A stretch of DNA of 64,000 nucleotides from Eukaryota sp. GEM-RC1 (lineage: Eukaryota): assembly GCA_040285855.1 (NCBI GenBank), contig JAUFOQ010000016.1, forward strand, positions 1,860,001-1,924,000, written 5' to 3'. Below are positions 48,706 through 59,684 of this stretch, piece by piece (within the stretch, counting starts at the first letter, position 1; each line of letters opens with the position of its first letter). The translations under genes were made by a program, and so were the position numbers. The notes under the pieces were generated by a model. It worked only from the letters and a program-made list of their open reading frames with translations. It had not been told where the DNA came from and did not search any database.

Positions 48706-50504
48706 ATGACTACCACGACCTCCACGGTCACGTGTTCACTTGCCAAGTTTTTTGACCCGCCAGCTCGGGCAGTGATGAACAGGCAATTTCGGTACCTTCG
48801 AGACGTTGCTGTTCAGTCAACTTTACTGGCCCGGGTGTTTGTGCTCCAGCACCCCCACTTAGCACGCTGGTTGACTGACCAGCGTTTCTGGTACCAGTGC
48901 TTTGGGTTCGTTGCTCACTCTGAGCCGAAAGTAAACCGCCCCTTTGAGAACGACAATGGAGTGTACACTGCACTGCATCTGTCGTCGAGTCTTCCGCCAG
49001 TATCCATTTGGCCGTTCCCCCCTCTTGGCCGACACAAACCGACACGCTGGTGTTACTCACAACTCTTGAGTGATAGGTCACGACAGTTGTCTGAAGCTTT
49101 TCAACAACTGATGGCCGATGGTCCAGTCAGTTGGAAGCTGAACTTCTTCCGGACCGCTGCTGTATTCCTCGACTGCCCGACCCCTAAGGGATACGCTTCT
49201 GCTGTTGTACGTGGTGCTCAACCTGGAGCATCACTGCAGCAATGGTGGAATGCTCATCACCAGCAAACTCTGGCCACCTTTAATCACTTAGTCGGGGATG
49301 TTGTCCTGTTCAATAATCTATTGACAGAACGGTCTGTTGCACTCAATGAAACGAACACCTCATTTCTGTTCGCAGCTGGACTGAACCTGTTGTCCGCTCT
49401 CGAGGATGCTGCGCCAGATTGTATGCGCCGCCATGCTCTAGTTCCAATGGCCAGCTATGCTCCAGTGTTTGTATCATTCTCTCAGGAAGTGGAGAGACAC
49501 TTCACAGAGTTCAACTTCTCAAGTACTCTCAAAAGTAACCCACTGAAAACGTTTAGAAAACGCCCCCGTTTCCAGACTTACACCCTGGCCTCTGATGGTG
49601 TAAGTTTGAGGATAACTTTTCCACAAAGCCGAAAAAAACAAGGAATCGCCCTACCAAGGAGCAGTTTGAGTCAAGGAGGGCAAGTGGCTCCGAAGACTTC
49701 AAGGTTAAGTCTCGAAAGAGAAAGTGTAACCTACAGAAGAAAGTGGCTCCGTCACGACGACGTGCGAGAACAGCTGATTTCGAACCTCCTCCTGATGAAG
49801 ATTGGTTATGGTGTGCAATTGATCCCAACCACAGTAACCTATGTGGTTGGTCTATTGGAACCAACACTGACTATTTATTGGACTCTGGTATTACACTGGC
49901 ACCAAAAGCCAAGGCTATCAATACTGTTATGTTTGGTGCTTTGAGCAACTCTACGTCGAACACCTATTCCGTTCAGAACATGTACCTGTATCTGCTCGAG
50001 ATATCGACCACTATTGTTGATCAATATATGAGTAAGAACAGTCTAGAACGGCGTTTATTAAATGGGAACAGGCCCAACCTACGGAGAAACAAGTTCGACT
50101 TCTTCATAAGAAAACAGAAACGATTTGATTTATTTGCTCAAAATTTGAAAAATATGGCACAAGGAAGCCAAATCAGAGTTTGGTTTGGGACAGGAGGTGC
50201 TAGCCCATCTAGGCAGCAAGTGAAGTCTCCAAGAAAGGGATTCCTTCAATATCTCAAAAGATTCTTTCCCGTTATTATGGGCGATGAATACTTCACTTCC
50301 GCAAAAACTAACTGCTGTAAAGTGAGGCATCAGTTGATATATCATGAAGTAGATGGAGTAAGAAGAGTGAATCACGCCATATTTCGATGTCCAACATGTG
50401 CTCAGGTTTGGTCAAGAGATATTTCAGCCTCCAGAAATCAACTTGAGATCGCTATAGAGGGTTACTTATTTGGAACTAGGCCTGAAGCTTTCCAACGTAC
50501 TTAA
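48706..50504 (+). CDS. Fanzor (TnpB-derived RNA-guided endonuclease, Fanzor1-like); one frameshift near 49617-49638
   Basis: SDGVSLRITF (TDG-type motif), RuvC-I AIDP, VWFG, DEYFTS, CC...CPTC, RuvC-III WSRDISASRN and terminal RP.AF.R. Restoring one base gives about 599 aa. Confidence 0.88.
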
Positions 50505-50600
50505 TTATTATCTATGTATTGGCCGATGAAATTCAAGTTACCTTGAATGGAGGCCGTAATGTGGTGCTTCGGCAGAAAAGAGGTGAGTATGAAGAAGCTT
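50505..50600 (+). ncRNA. Candidate Fanzor omegaRNA (scaffold plus guide; boundaries approximate)
   Basis: GGCC(50521)/GGCC(50552) enclose a perfect ATTCAAG-TTAC-CTTGAAT hairpin, followed by TGC-TTCG-GCA (cUUCGg tetraloop, 50565-50574), directly after the stop codon. Confidence 0.6.
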
Positions 50601-50871
50601 TCTTTGAAAGTGTAAAGTATGCATTTCTTGGAAAATCCACAGTAAGTTAATACACTTTGTTTTTTGTGATACTTCGCTTACAAATGATTTAACCAACAGC
50701 ATCTTTACCATTGTATGGGTTAAACCCATGTGAATGGACATCGTTCGTTCTCCTACTTTTAGTAGTAGAGTAATACTGTTACTGTTATTGTACTAGACTA
50801 CTAGAGGTTTATAGCTGACCATCCAAATTTGACAAACAAATTTTTCTTAACATAATTTGACCCTGTCCGAA

Positions 50872-52050
50872 ATGCAATGCCTAGACAAACAACTTGACTC
50901 TCTTTATTTTACCCGAGATTATATCTTTCCTGTGGATAATTCGGTACTTCTTTGTAAACGAGATGAAGTTCTTCTGCAACTTACCAACTTAGAATCCAAC
51001 AATCAATTACCGAAAGCTCTCCTATGGTTTTATAGAGGTAGAACGCTTGCTGGATCAAAATCTGATCTTGAATTAGCCGAAGCTTACATCTCTAAAGCAA
51101 TCAAACTGGATTCATCTCTTGTTCATGCATACTTCTATCTAGCTGATATTCACACTCTTCGCCAGCAATGGAACTCAGCCCAACAGCTTCTTGAAACGTC
51201 CGTTTGTAAGTATCCCACACCGCAAGCTTTAAGACTTCTGTCTAGAGTTATCAGACAAAAGACTCCACCATCAATTGACAGATCTGTTTCGTTAGCTAAA
51301 GAAGCTCTAGATCTTGAAGTCAACTCTTCTGAAGGATGGCTTGTTTACGCATTGGCACTCACTACTAAGTTCTTTCATAGTACGCTTCCAACTCCACAGT
51401 CTCTAGAAAAGTGTCTATCTGCCTTTAACATGGCTTGTAAACTAGGACAACTCTACAATCCTGACCTGTTTTTTAATAGGGGGCAAGTTTTTAAATATTT
51501 AGAACGCTATCAAGAAGCACTCGATGACTTCAGCAAAGCACTGCAGCTCGATTCTACTTTATTAATATCATCCACAGAAATATCTTCAATAGTTCAATTC
51601 TTGAAATCCATATCAAGCACTCTAAATCGTTTCGAATCCAACCTCAAGAAAAAGAAACGAGATAAGTTACTAGCGGGATTTCGACAAGAAGAGACTTTGT
51701 ATTCTACACACAATATTCCTCCATTTGGAAAGCCTCTTGCACTTAAAGTATTTGCTCTTCTATCATCCACAGACAAAATCCCTTCTTCAGTGTTTTGTTA
51801 TGACTCTGAACTGTCGTGGATCGTGCTTTCTGTCTATAATGTAAAGATTGAGAGCTTTAAAGTGGGTCAGACCCTGATGCTTTATAATGCAAGGGTAGTA
51901 GATGATGAAATTCACTGGGAAGATGAACTTTTCAAATTTCGAGTGATACGGATTGTCAACATTTCTGATCTCAACATAATAGGGACAAACATTGGTTCTC
52001 ACCACCTGTCAGCTCCAATATGCACTGTTAACAGTGTGGAAAAACTATAA
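50872..52050 (+). CDS. TTC5: Tetratricopeptide repeat protein 5 (TPR + OB)
   Basis: LDSLY..RD.IF, AE..ISKAIKLD, SVSLAKEAL.L, NPDLFFNR...KYLE.Y.EAL..F..A..LD, and a C-terminal OB-like D....VLSVYN. Confidence 0.85.
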   Translation: MQCLDKQLDSLYFTRDYIFPVDNSVLLCKRDEVLLQLTNLESNNQLPKALLWFYRGRTLAGSKSDLELAEAYISKAIKLDSSLVHAYFYLADIHTLRQQWNSAQQLLETSVCKYPTPQALRLLSRVIRQKTPPSIDRSVSLAKEALDLEVNSSEGWLVYALALTTKFFHSTLPTPQSLEKCLSAFNMACKLGQLYNPDLFFNRGQVFKYLERYQEALDDFSKALQLDSTLLISSTEISSIVQFLKSISSTLNRFESNLKKKKRDKLLAGFRQEETLYSTHNIPPFGKPLALKVFALLSSTDKIPSSVFCYDSELSWIVLSVYNVKIESFKVGQTLMLYNARVVDDEIHWEDELFKFRVIRIVNISDLNIIGTNIGSHHLSAPICTVNSVEKL

Positions 52051-52055
52051 AAAAA

Positions 52056-52583
52056 CTAAAATCTGCGCTTATTATATCCAGTATTTCGCTTCTTCTTACC
52101 AGCACGCCTTCGCCCTTCAACATCGGCATATTTACGATTAAGTATTTCCTTCAGTTCAGCGTTTTGTAAAAGTGTATCAACAGTTCTACCGCGGGCTTTT
52201 GACTTAGTAGTAACAGCAGTACTAGTAGAAACTCCGCCATTTTCAAAAGCAGAGGCAATGACTGTACCAACTTGAAACACTTGGTCTTTGGTATCTTTTT
52301 TCTTGGGGACACGATAATGTCTACGAACAGGGTCAAACTGACCACGTAGACGGATTAGTTCGCGGTCCATTTCAATTTCAGGTGTGATTTCTGGAGCGGA
52401 CATGTTGAACCATCCATCACCTGCAGAAAGACGCTTATCATTCGAAGAGTTTGACTTAGACTTGGATTTAGACTTAGATTTGCTTTCTGGAAGGAAGGAA
52501 GCAGATTCAAATGTCGATTCAGTTTGAGGACGAGATAAAGGAGTTTTGGTATCTAGAAGAGACAAGACACTCTCTTCGTCCAT
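52056..52583 (-). CDS. FCF2: rRNA-processing protein Fcf2/DNTTIP2-like
   Basis: AGDGWFNM.APEITPE...D...IRLR...DP.RHY and FQVGTVI.SA.E. Likely ATG at 52583. Confidence 0.85.
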   Translation of the reverse strand: MDEESVLSLLDTKTPLSRPQTESTFESASFLPESKSKSKSKSKSNSSNDKRLSAGDGWFNMSAPEITPEIEMDRELIRLRGQFDPVRRHYRVPKKKDTKDQVFQVGTVIASAFENGGVSTSTAVTTKSKARGRTVDTLLQNAELKEILNRKYADVEGRRRAGKKKRNTGYNKRRF

Positions 52584-54254
52584 ACAAGATCTGAACGTCA
52601 GAGAGACATTATTTAAGAAGTCTGTAAGCATTAGAGATGAATTTTGCAGAGTTGCAACTAGAACCACTTGCCATAACGCCAATACATCCATAAGCTTATG
52701 GAATTTTTTCTCATACAGTGTGTTCTTTTCAGTGGTATGTCTACTTCCATAAGTTACAACTACGTCTATATAAATCCAAATCATTTGTTATCATTCACGA
52801 AAAGTCTATAGCACTACAATGTACATCTGAGATCTGAAGGTGCTGCAGTTTGGTTAGAACAAGACAATTGATTATGAAAGTACAGTATATATTATGTAAT
52901 TCATAAATGATTTTTTGTCTTCAGCCTCGAATAGGAGTCGTTGTTTCCAAATCAAAAGAAAAGAGTACTAAAAGTGGTCCTGCAATAGAATAGTAAAAAA
53001 AAATCAATCTAAACTTTATTCGGTGCCCAATAAGATTACATTCCTGCAAAAGCATGAAATTGCAAAAACAAACAAATAATACTAAGATTAAATCCAAACG
53101 ACTTCATCACCATCCGGTAAAAGATTACGTTTTTCAACATTAACCTTGACACCAAACTTGTACAATTTCTCAACTAGTCAAGAGAAATAGAAAGGCATAT
53201 TCCGATTTAGGCAAGACACTATGCGGTTTTTCCATTCAGCCATTCTAAACTTACACTTCTCTTCTTTACACAGTTCTTCGAACTAAAATAGAATAGTTAT
53301 TCAACTAAGCACCACACTGCCCTATAGACGGAATAACAAGCAATTATTTATTAACCAAGCACACTTTGTGATCAAAATTGCAGTTTTGTCAAATGTCCAA
53401 ACTGAATAGAAATAAAATGCATAAAAATGTGTTTACTGATTCTAGTAAGTCAGATTCGCACATTATAACACTCACTTATATTTTGCGGTTGTTAGTGAAA
53501 ATAGAACTCTTTTACAAACTAATGTCTCTTTCCTGCGACATTCTTCAGCCTCACAACATGTCGAATCATCGAATCGTTTCAAAGTGCTTCTAAAGGTACA
53601 TTTAGAGAGATACTCCAGAGTAAATGAGTATATAGTATTTTATTTCTCGCCGCTTACATTTTATGAATCAGTAAGTTAATCTAGTGCTTTTATAGAGGAA
53701 AGAGTTCTAATTATACGGATGTTTTGAAGAATCTTAATGAAAATTCATAATCCAAGTTTTTATGGCAAATTTAATGAAATAATTTTTTTCATCTCCAAAG
53801 CTTTATTAGCAGTGAGTTCCTTTTATGAGGACAAAGCTGTTGTAAGATTCGATAGCAACGGGTGTTGCTTTAAAGAAATCAAATTTTAGTTGTTTGATCT
53901 ATTACACCTCTAATAAAATAAAGAGTCTAAAACTCAATATCATCAAAACAAACGGTGTCAGTTCTATTTGGAACCAACACTAGCTGATCCTAAACATGTT
54001 CTAATAGAACCAACACTAAACCTTTACTTTGTTTGAGAATTAAAGGCATTTATAGTTAGATAATGATAAGTTTGTTACTTGTCAAGAAAACTGAACCACT
54101 TTTAAGACATTGAATGTGATTAACAGCCATCACAAATGATGCATTACTCTTACAATGTGGGAGCTAGTAAATGATATTCTGCACTAGAAATTAAATAACA
54201 GATCTAGATCAATCGATAATCCTTGTGTTAAATCATTGACCGATTTAATGATAA

Positions 54255-55165
54255 TCAAAATTCCTCTTCATCGGGATGTCCTCCAAGAGATATACATCCT
54301 CTAACATTGTTGACAAAAGCACGTGTTAAATCTGTTAGAGAGGTTCCACCCAAAAACGAAGTCCAAGAAACCAAATGTAACGGGGGATCATCATGTTCAT
54401 GAGTCACCTTGGCAGAAATCTCTGCTTTCCTCTTAACAAAGGACTGAATGTCTCTAATTTCCAGTTCAACTTGATAAGTAGTATCCTGCAGTTCCTCATT
54501 TTTAAAAATTTCAACTCTAGTCAAATCAAATCTCCACAACTCAAAAAAATAAGATATTCGATGTTTTCTGCGTTCTTCACGAATATTATCAAGATTGGGA
54601 TGAGCGCAAGGCTCTTCAAGAGAAGCTGACAGCCTCCAGTCCAGTCCATGGTGTTTGGACACAAAATTTAGATCCTCAACTCTCACCTTTTTTATACACT
54701 TGATGATATTTCCCCCACTATCAACAGATGCTCGTACCTTTTCTCCTTTACCAAAAATCCAATCACGTTCAATGAACTGACGAACATGTATTGGTGAACC
54801 TCCATATCCAGGAACTTGTGATTGTTTGTGTCTCTCATTAAGAGATATATTGATTCTTTCAAAGACTTCAGTGGGTATGGCTGTAAGGAAGTGGTAAGGA
54901 TGTACAAAGGAAGGGTCTGAAAACACAACAGCTTCAGAGTTAATAGTAGGAATGTCTTTTGCGAACCTCTGATGGGTCTTTTTAGAGATAAGGACGCCTA
55001 ATTTGGCTTCAATTTCAACATATGGTTTGTCACAGTGTCTGTAAATGAACTCTGCAACTTCTCGTTCAATGTCAAATAAAGGAGCTTCACCAAACTAAGA
55101 TCAGCTACTATATCACAATGACAAACAATTGAAGGTGAGCAACAGATGACAGATGAAGTATTCAT
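54255..55165 (-). CDS. CET1: mRNA 5'-triphosphatase, Cet1-type (CYTH/TTM); 32-nt intron 55095-55126
   Basis: Spliced MNTSSVICCSPSI|FGEAP..., motif A EIEAK, KVRASVD, IKKVRV.DL, DWRLSASLE, R.K.RISY, DLT.V and motif C YQVELE. Confidence 0.85.
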
Positions 55166-55229
55166 GTTTAAGACAACTGGAATCTAAGAAGAAAGAAAAG
55201 ATTTCTCAATTTTGTATTTTCCGAATCCT

Positions 55230-56525
55230 ATGCAGCTCTCTCTTAAACACGGCCGTGACATACAAAGTGTTACTGTATCTCCAACAGATACTGTTGAATC
55301 ACTCAAACAACAGATCTATTCCATTTTCTCGGTTCCTCCTGAAAATCAGAAATTGATCGGAAAAGGTGGAATGATCAGGAAGGATACAGCCTCTCTATCT
55401 GAAATCAACTTGACCGAAAACTCCACAATCACAGTCATTGGTAGTGCCCAGCCAAAACCTATCTTCTCTTCAGAAAAGCCTCTTTTGTTGAAGATATCCC
55501 TCAATCTCAGTCCCAATCACTTATCCAAGTCCCAGCACGTGGTTTAACCAATCTAGGTAATACTTGTTACTTATCCTCGGTATTACAACTTCTTGTACGT
55601 ATTCCTCACCTCACTACTTCTCTAAAGAACGCCCCTTCGTTACCTCCCTTGATAACCACACTTCGTGACACTCTCTCTCAAATATCTTCTTCTGGATCAG
55701 CTGTTTCTCCTTTTGCTTTGATCTCTGCCTTTCGATCTTGCTATCCCCAGTTCGCTGAAAGAACTGAGCAAGGTTTCTACGCTCAACAAGATGCTGAAGA
55801 AGCAATCTCTTCCTTGATTGCTAGTATCCGTGACCTACCCACCATCCCTAACGTTCCTCGTCTCACTGCTTCTTCATCTCATCCCCCTCTTACAAACCTC
55901 TCTCATCAACTGTTTGGAATGGAGATGGCAGGGAAAATGACAAACATTGGCAATGAGGCGGAAGTCATTGAAGTACCACCTCAAATCATAACTAGTATTA
56001 AAGTTACAATCTCTCCTGAAGATGACTATATGGAACAAGCAGTAGGAAGCTTTTTGAATGGAACTGTGGAGAAGAGAAGTGACTTGACTGGAGAAAACTC
56101 TTTGTTTTCCATTCAGAACCAATTCACGTCATTATCACCCTATCTTTTTGTGTCGTTTGTAAGGTTCGAGTGGAGACAGGATATCTCTCAACGAGTTAAA
56201 ATATTAAAAAAACTAACATTCCCCTTCAGTTTCGATCCAGTTGACTTTTTGTACAGATGAGCTCAAACAGGTTATCCATTCTAGAAGAGAACTGAGTCCT
56301 ACAGCAGCTACTTATGAGTTGACTGGAGTCGTTGCTCATGTCGGCCGCAGTGCTTCTGGAGGTCATTACATGGCTTGGACTAAGGTGCAAAGTGAAGAGA
56401 AGACAGAGTGGGTGCACTTTGATGATGCAAAGGTAGCTGTGGTCAAGGAGGAGAAGATTAAAGAGTTGGTGGGTGGAGGTGATCAACCAATTGCCTACAT
56501 TTTGTTGTATAGACTGTGTGTATAA
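55230..56525 (+). CDS. USP14: Proteasome-associated deubiquitinase USP14/Ubp6; about three frameshifts
   Basis: Ubl domain (VPPENQKL), Cys box GLTNLGNTCYL near 55541, QQDAEE, His box H.GRSASGGHY and FDD. Confidence 0.9.
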
Positions 56526-57979
56526 GTGTTCAGTGAATAAATAGCAGTTTTCAGTCAAATGTTTGTTTAAAGAATCTCACGTTTTACTTTAATCCTAATT
56601 ACAAATGTATACAGTGAGATTCACGTTGACTGCTTCTAAAAACGGATTATGAAGACAAATTTTTTTAAAATAATCATAATCCAAAACTAAAAGAAACAGA
56701 TCCAGTGAGATTAATTGATTAAAAGAATTGATTAAAAATGTTTCTTAACAGATATACACATTTTATACACAAACTGTATTTACAGTGTAATACGATACTC
56801 GAATAATGTGAATACAACAGTCAATTTAAGATATCCAAAACAAAAACTCTCCCATCAACTTAACTGGAGCCTAAAGAAGCAGTTTCCAAGTCTACTGATT
56901 AAGGGTAAGGCTCATCAGGATCTAATGCTTCATAATCCGACCACTCATCACCAGAGTGAATAAAATGTACAAGAGTTTGCGGTGATTCAATGTCACTCAA
57001 ATTCACTGGAGATCCTGGTTGAACAACTGTTGACCAAGGCTCTTGAAAAGAGATGACGTCATCGTTGGAGTTGATAACGTGTTCTGATTAATAGAAGAAG
57101 GTATCAGAGGACTTTCAAAGATCAAATCTGACTTAAGAATAGGCATTTGTAATATGTAGTTGGAAAAAAGAGACAAAATAATAATTACTACTGTTGCATC
57201 AATTACTAAGTTTAAATTAGTAAATTTAGTAATTTGATCGCAAACTTAGTAAAGTCAGTAGTCCGTTCTAATCATAAACAATCCTGATTCGTTTCAAATA
57301 ATTAAACTTGAAAATTTCACACAAATCAGTCAGTAGCATGTGTGTGATTAAACCTAACTCTTGTAAACCACTTCAAACTCCTTGTCAAGTTCCAAAACGT
57401 CATCAATGTTCAAACTCAGGAAGTCAACCTCATGATCAGTAACCAAACAAATCACTAACATCTTCTCCAAGCAGTAAGAGAGCTGGATATTATTGAGCAC
57501 CTCAAGGTCACAAACAGGATCACTACTAGAAGTGGAAATGTAAACACTCTTCTTTGGAAACAAAAACAAATGGAAATAACAAAATATCAGTATGAATAAC
57601 TGTGCAATAAACTGATGATTGATACAACTGAAAATAAACATCAAAATGAAGTTCCATGGTACTTAAAGCCATTGAGTAGTAAGTACATAGAGATTGAAGA
57701 ACAAAGTCCTTGGATTGTTCAAATGACAGTGATTCTTCACAGTTACACTCTGTTGGAGACAATAAAAGCTTATTACGATGAATCAAACAGCTGTGGTCAA
57801 TCTCACAAAGCAAGATACAGAGCAGAGAATGGATTTAATGTTGGCTTACCTGCTTCAGATCTACAATACACAGCACCTGGTAGTTTCCCTTTATGATGCA
57901 ATATAACTGCTAAACAACGTTCTTGACACCAATAAGAAACTGAGCTTTTACTGGGCATTTAATTGAATCTTCCAACAAA

Positions 57980-59413
57980 ATGTTTTGCTCAATATCCAAC
58001 ACAATACCAAAACACCCTGTTGTTTCTCCAACAGGTTATGTCTTTGAACGTGAACTTGTTCTAAAATACCTTGATGAAACTGGCCAGCGTTGTCCCATTA
58101 CCAACACTTCTCTTTCTCCCAATGACTTAATTGAACTGAAGAGTTCTACTCTAACAGAACCAAGACAACCTGATACCATGTCCATTCCTGGTCTTCTTGG
58201 TCACCTACACAGCGAATGGGAAGCTCTCATTCTTGAAACTCATTCTCTACGACTCTCTCTTGCTACTGCACGTGAAGAGTTAAAAGAAGCGGAATTTAAG
58301 AACCAACAAAGCCAGAATGTCATTCAAGACCTAATGTCAGAAAGAGACTTACTCAAAGCGCAATTACAATCACCTTCTGAGCCCTCTGACGTCATCACTG
58401 AGCCTGCTTCAACTATAGACTTTCATGAAGAATTAATCACAATCAATAAGGCTTTGACTGTTGAAAGGAAAAAGCTTATTAAAGCTAGGCCATCAATACC
58501 TTTTGCTAAGGACTTTAGTAAAGTTGATCCTATTTATTTTGACCTTCCTAATCCGTCTTTTACACACTTGTCTCAAGTACTTGATTCGGATTACTTGGCT
58601 TTTGTTCACAATCAGGAGCTGATGTTCACGTCATTTGGAGGTCAAATCAAGAATTCCTTTGACTTTATTGGAACTCCAATAGATTTTCATTCAATGAACA
58701 GACTTTCTAAACCAGGATTGCTCTTCACTACTTCTCAAAGTTTAACATATTACGAATTAATTTCAGATTCCTTTGTTGAACAGATTTCATTATCTCCTTT
58801 TGATCTTGAATTAGATAACTTCCTTTCAGCTTCTTTAACAGTAGTTCCTCTTCATTTCCTTGTTATTGGAAATGATAGAGCTTTACTATTAAATGCTCAG
58901 AGCAAGTCTATCATAAAAGAATATCATCTTGATGACGTGATTCCCAAAGTTATTAGATGTCATGTTGATGGAAGTTTAGTATTTATTGGAGATTCAAATA
59001 ATAACGTTCAAGTATTTGATATTAAACAGTCGAAGTGTGTTTCTATTCTTGAACAATCTGTAACTGATGGAAATATTACTGACATTGTTTGTTTAGAAAA
59101 CGGATCCTTGGTATGTGCATCATATTCTTCTAATGTTGTTCTCTCTTGGAATCTACGGAATCCTGCTAATCCTCCACTAAATGTCTCTCTTGAATGTAGC
59201 TTTGTTTCTGGTTCTAGAACTGGGTTTTTGATGTCAGGTTGTTGTAACAAGAGTATTTGGGTTTTAGATACAAAGCCTTTTGATCCAGCTCAAAAAGTTG
59301 AAATTTCTGTTGATTTGGTTAGAATATCAAGACCAAAACAGACTTTTTTCACTCAAGATGAATGTGGATTAGTTATTGTTGGAGAATCAGCGGTTGCTCT
59401 TTTGAAACGGTAG
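57980..59413 (+). CDS. PRP19: Pre-mRNA processing factor 19, copy 2 (intact, 477 aa)
   Basis: Same motifs as copy 1, in an uninterrupted frame. Confidence 0.93.
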   Translation: MFCSISNTIPKHPVVSPTGYVFERELVLKYLDETGQRCPITNTSLSPNDLIELKSSTLTEPRQPDTMSIPGLLGHLHSEWEALILETHSLRLSLATAREELKEAEFKNQQSQNVIQDLMSERDLLKAQLQSPSEPSDVITEPASTIDFHEELITINKALTVERKKLIKARPSIPFAKDFSKVDPIYFDLPNPSFTHLSQVLDSDYLAFVHNQELMFTSFGGQIKNSFDFIGTPIDFHSMNRLSKPGLLFTTSQSLTYYELISDSFVEQISLSPFDLELDNFLSASLTVVPLHFLVIGNDRALLLNAQSKSIIKEYHLDDVIPKVIRCHVDGSLVFIGDSNNNVQVFDIKQSKCVSILEQSVTDGNITDIVCLENGSLVCASYSSNVVLSWNLRNPANPPLNVSLECSFVSGSRTGFLMSGCCNKSIWVLDTKPFDPAQKVEISVDLVRISRPKQTFFTQDECGLVIVGESAVALLKR

Positions 59414-59611
59414 GTTTTAATAAACACAATTAGTTATGTTTCTGTTACTGTTTGTATTCTTATCGTCTTCACTGAAGAATGTAGAGGGGATTCAGTTTTG
59501 GAGGCAGTTGTGACACTTAGATAGCTCCAGTGGTGTCAAATCAATTGTCTTCTTTAGTATAACATTGATGTGCAAAGATGTGTTGGATTCTCAACCATAA
59601 GCAACTAAGAA

Positions 59612-59684
59612 GTTTTCGTGGTCTAGTTGGTTAGGATATCTGTCTAACACACAGATGGTCGGGAGTTCGAACCTCCCGAAAACA
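59612..59684 (+). tRNA. tRNA-Val(AAC), copy 2
   Basis: Identical to 30629-30702 except one C missing in the C-run at the T-stem/acceptor junction. Confidence 0.9.

Noticed and set aside
49621..49944. C-terminal part of the 414-aa ORF as a real protein end
   Set aside because: The overlapping frame is open from about 49596 and carries the RuvC motifs, so this tail is out-of-frame read-through.
48674..50641. AAAATCCACA direct repeat (48674-48683, 50632-50641) as a Fanzor TSD
   Set aside because: A 10-bp AT-rich match with no adjoining TIRs is plausible by chance; it needs an empty-site comparison.
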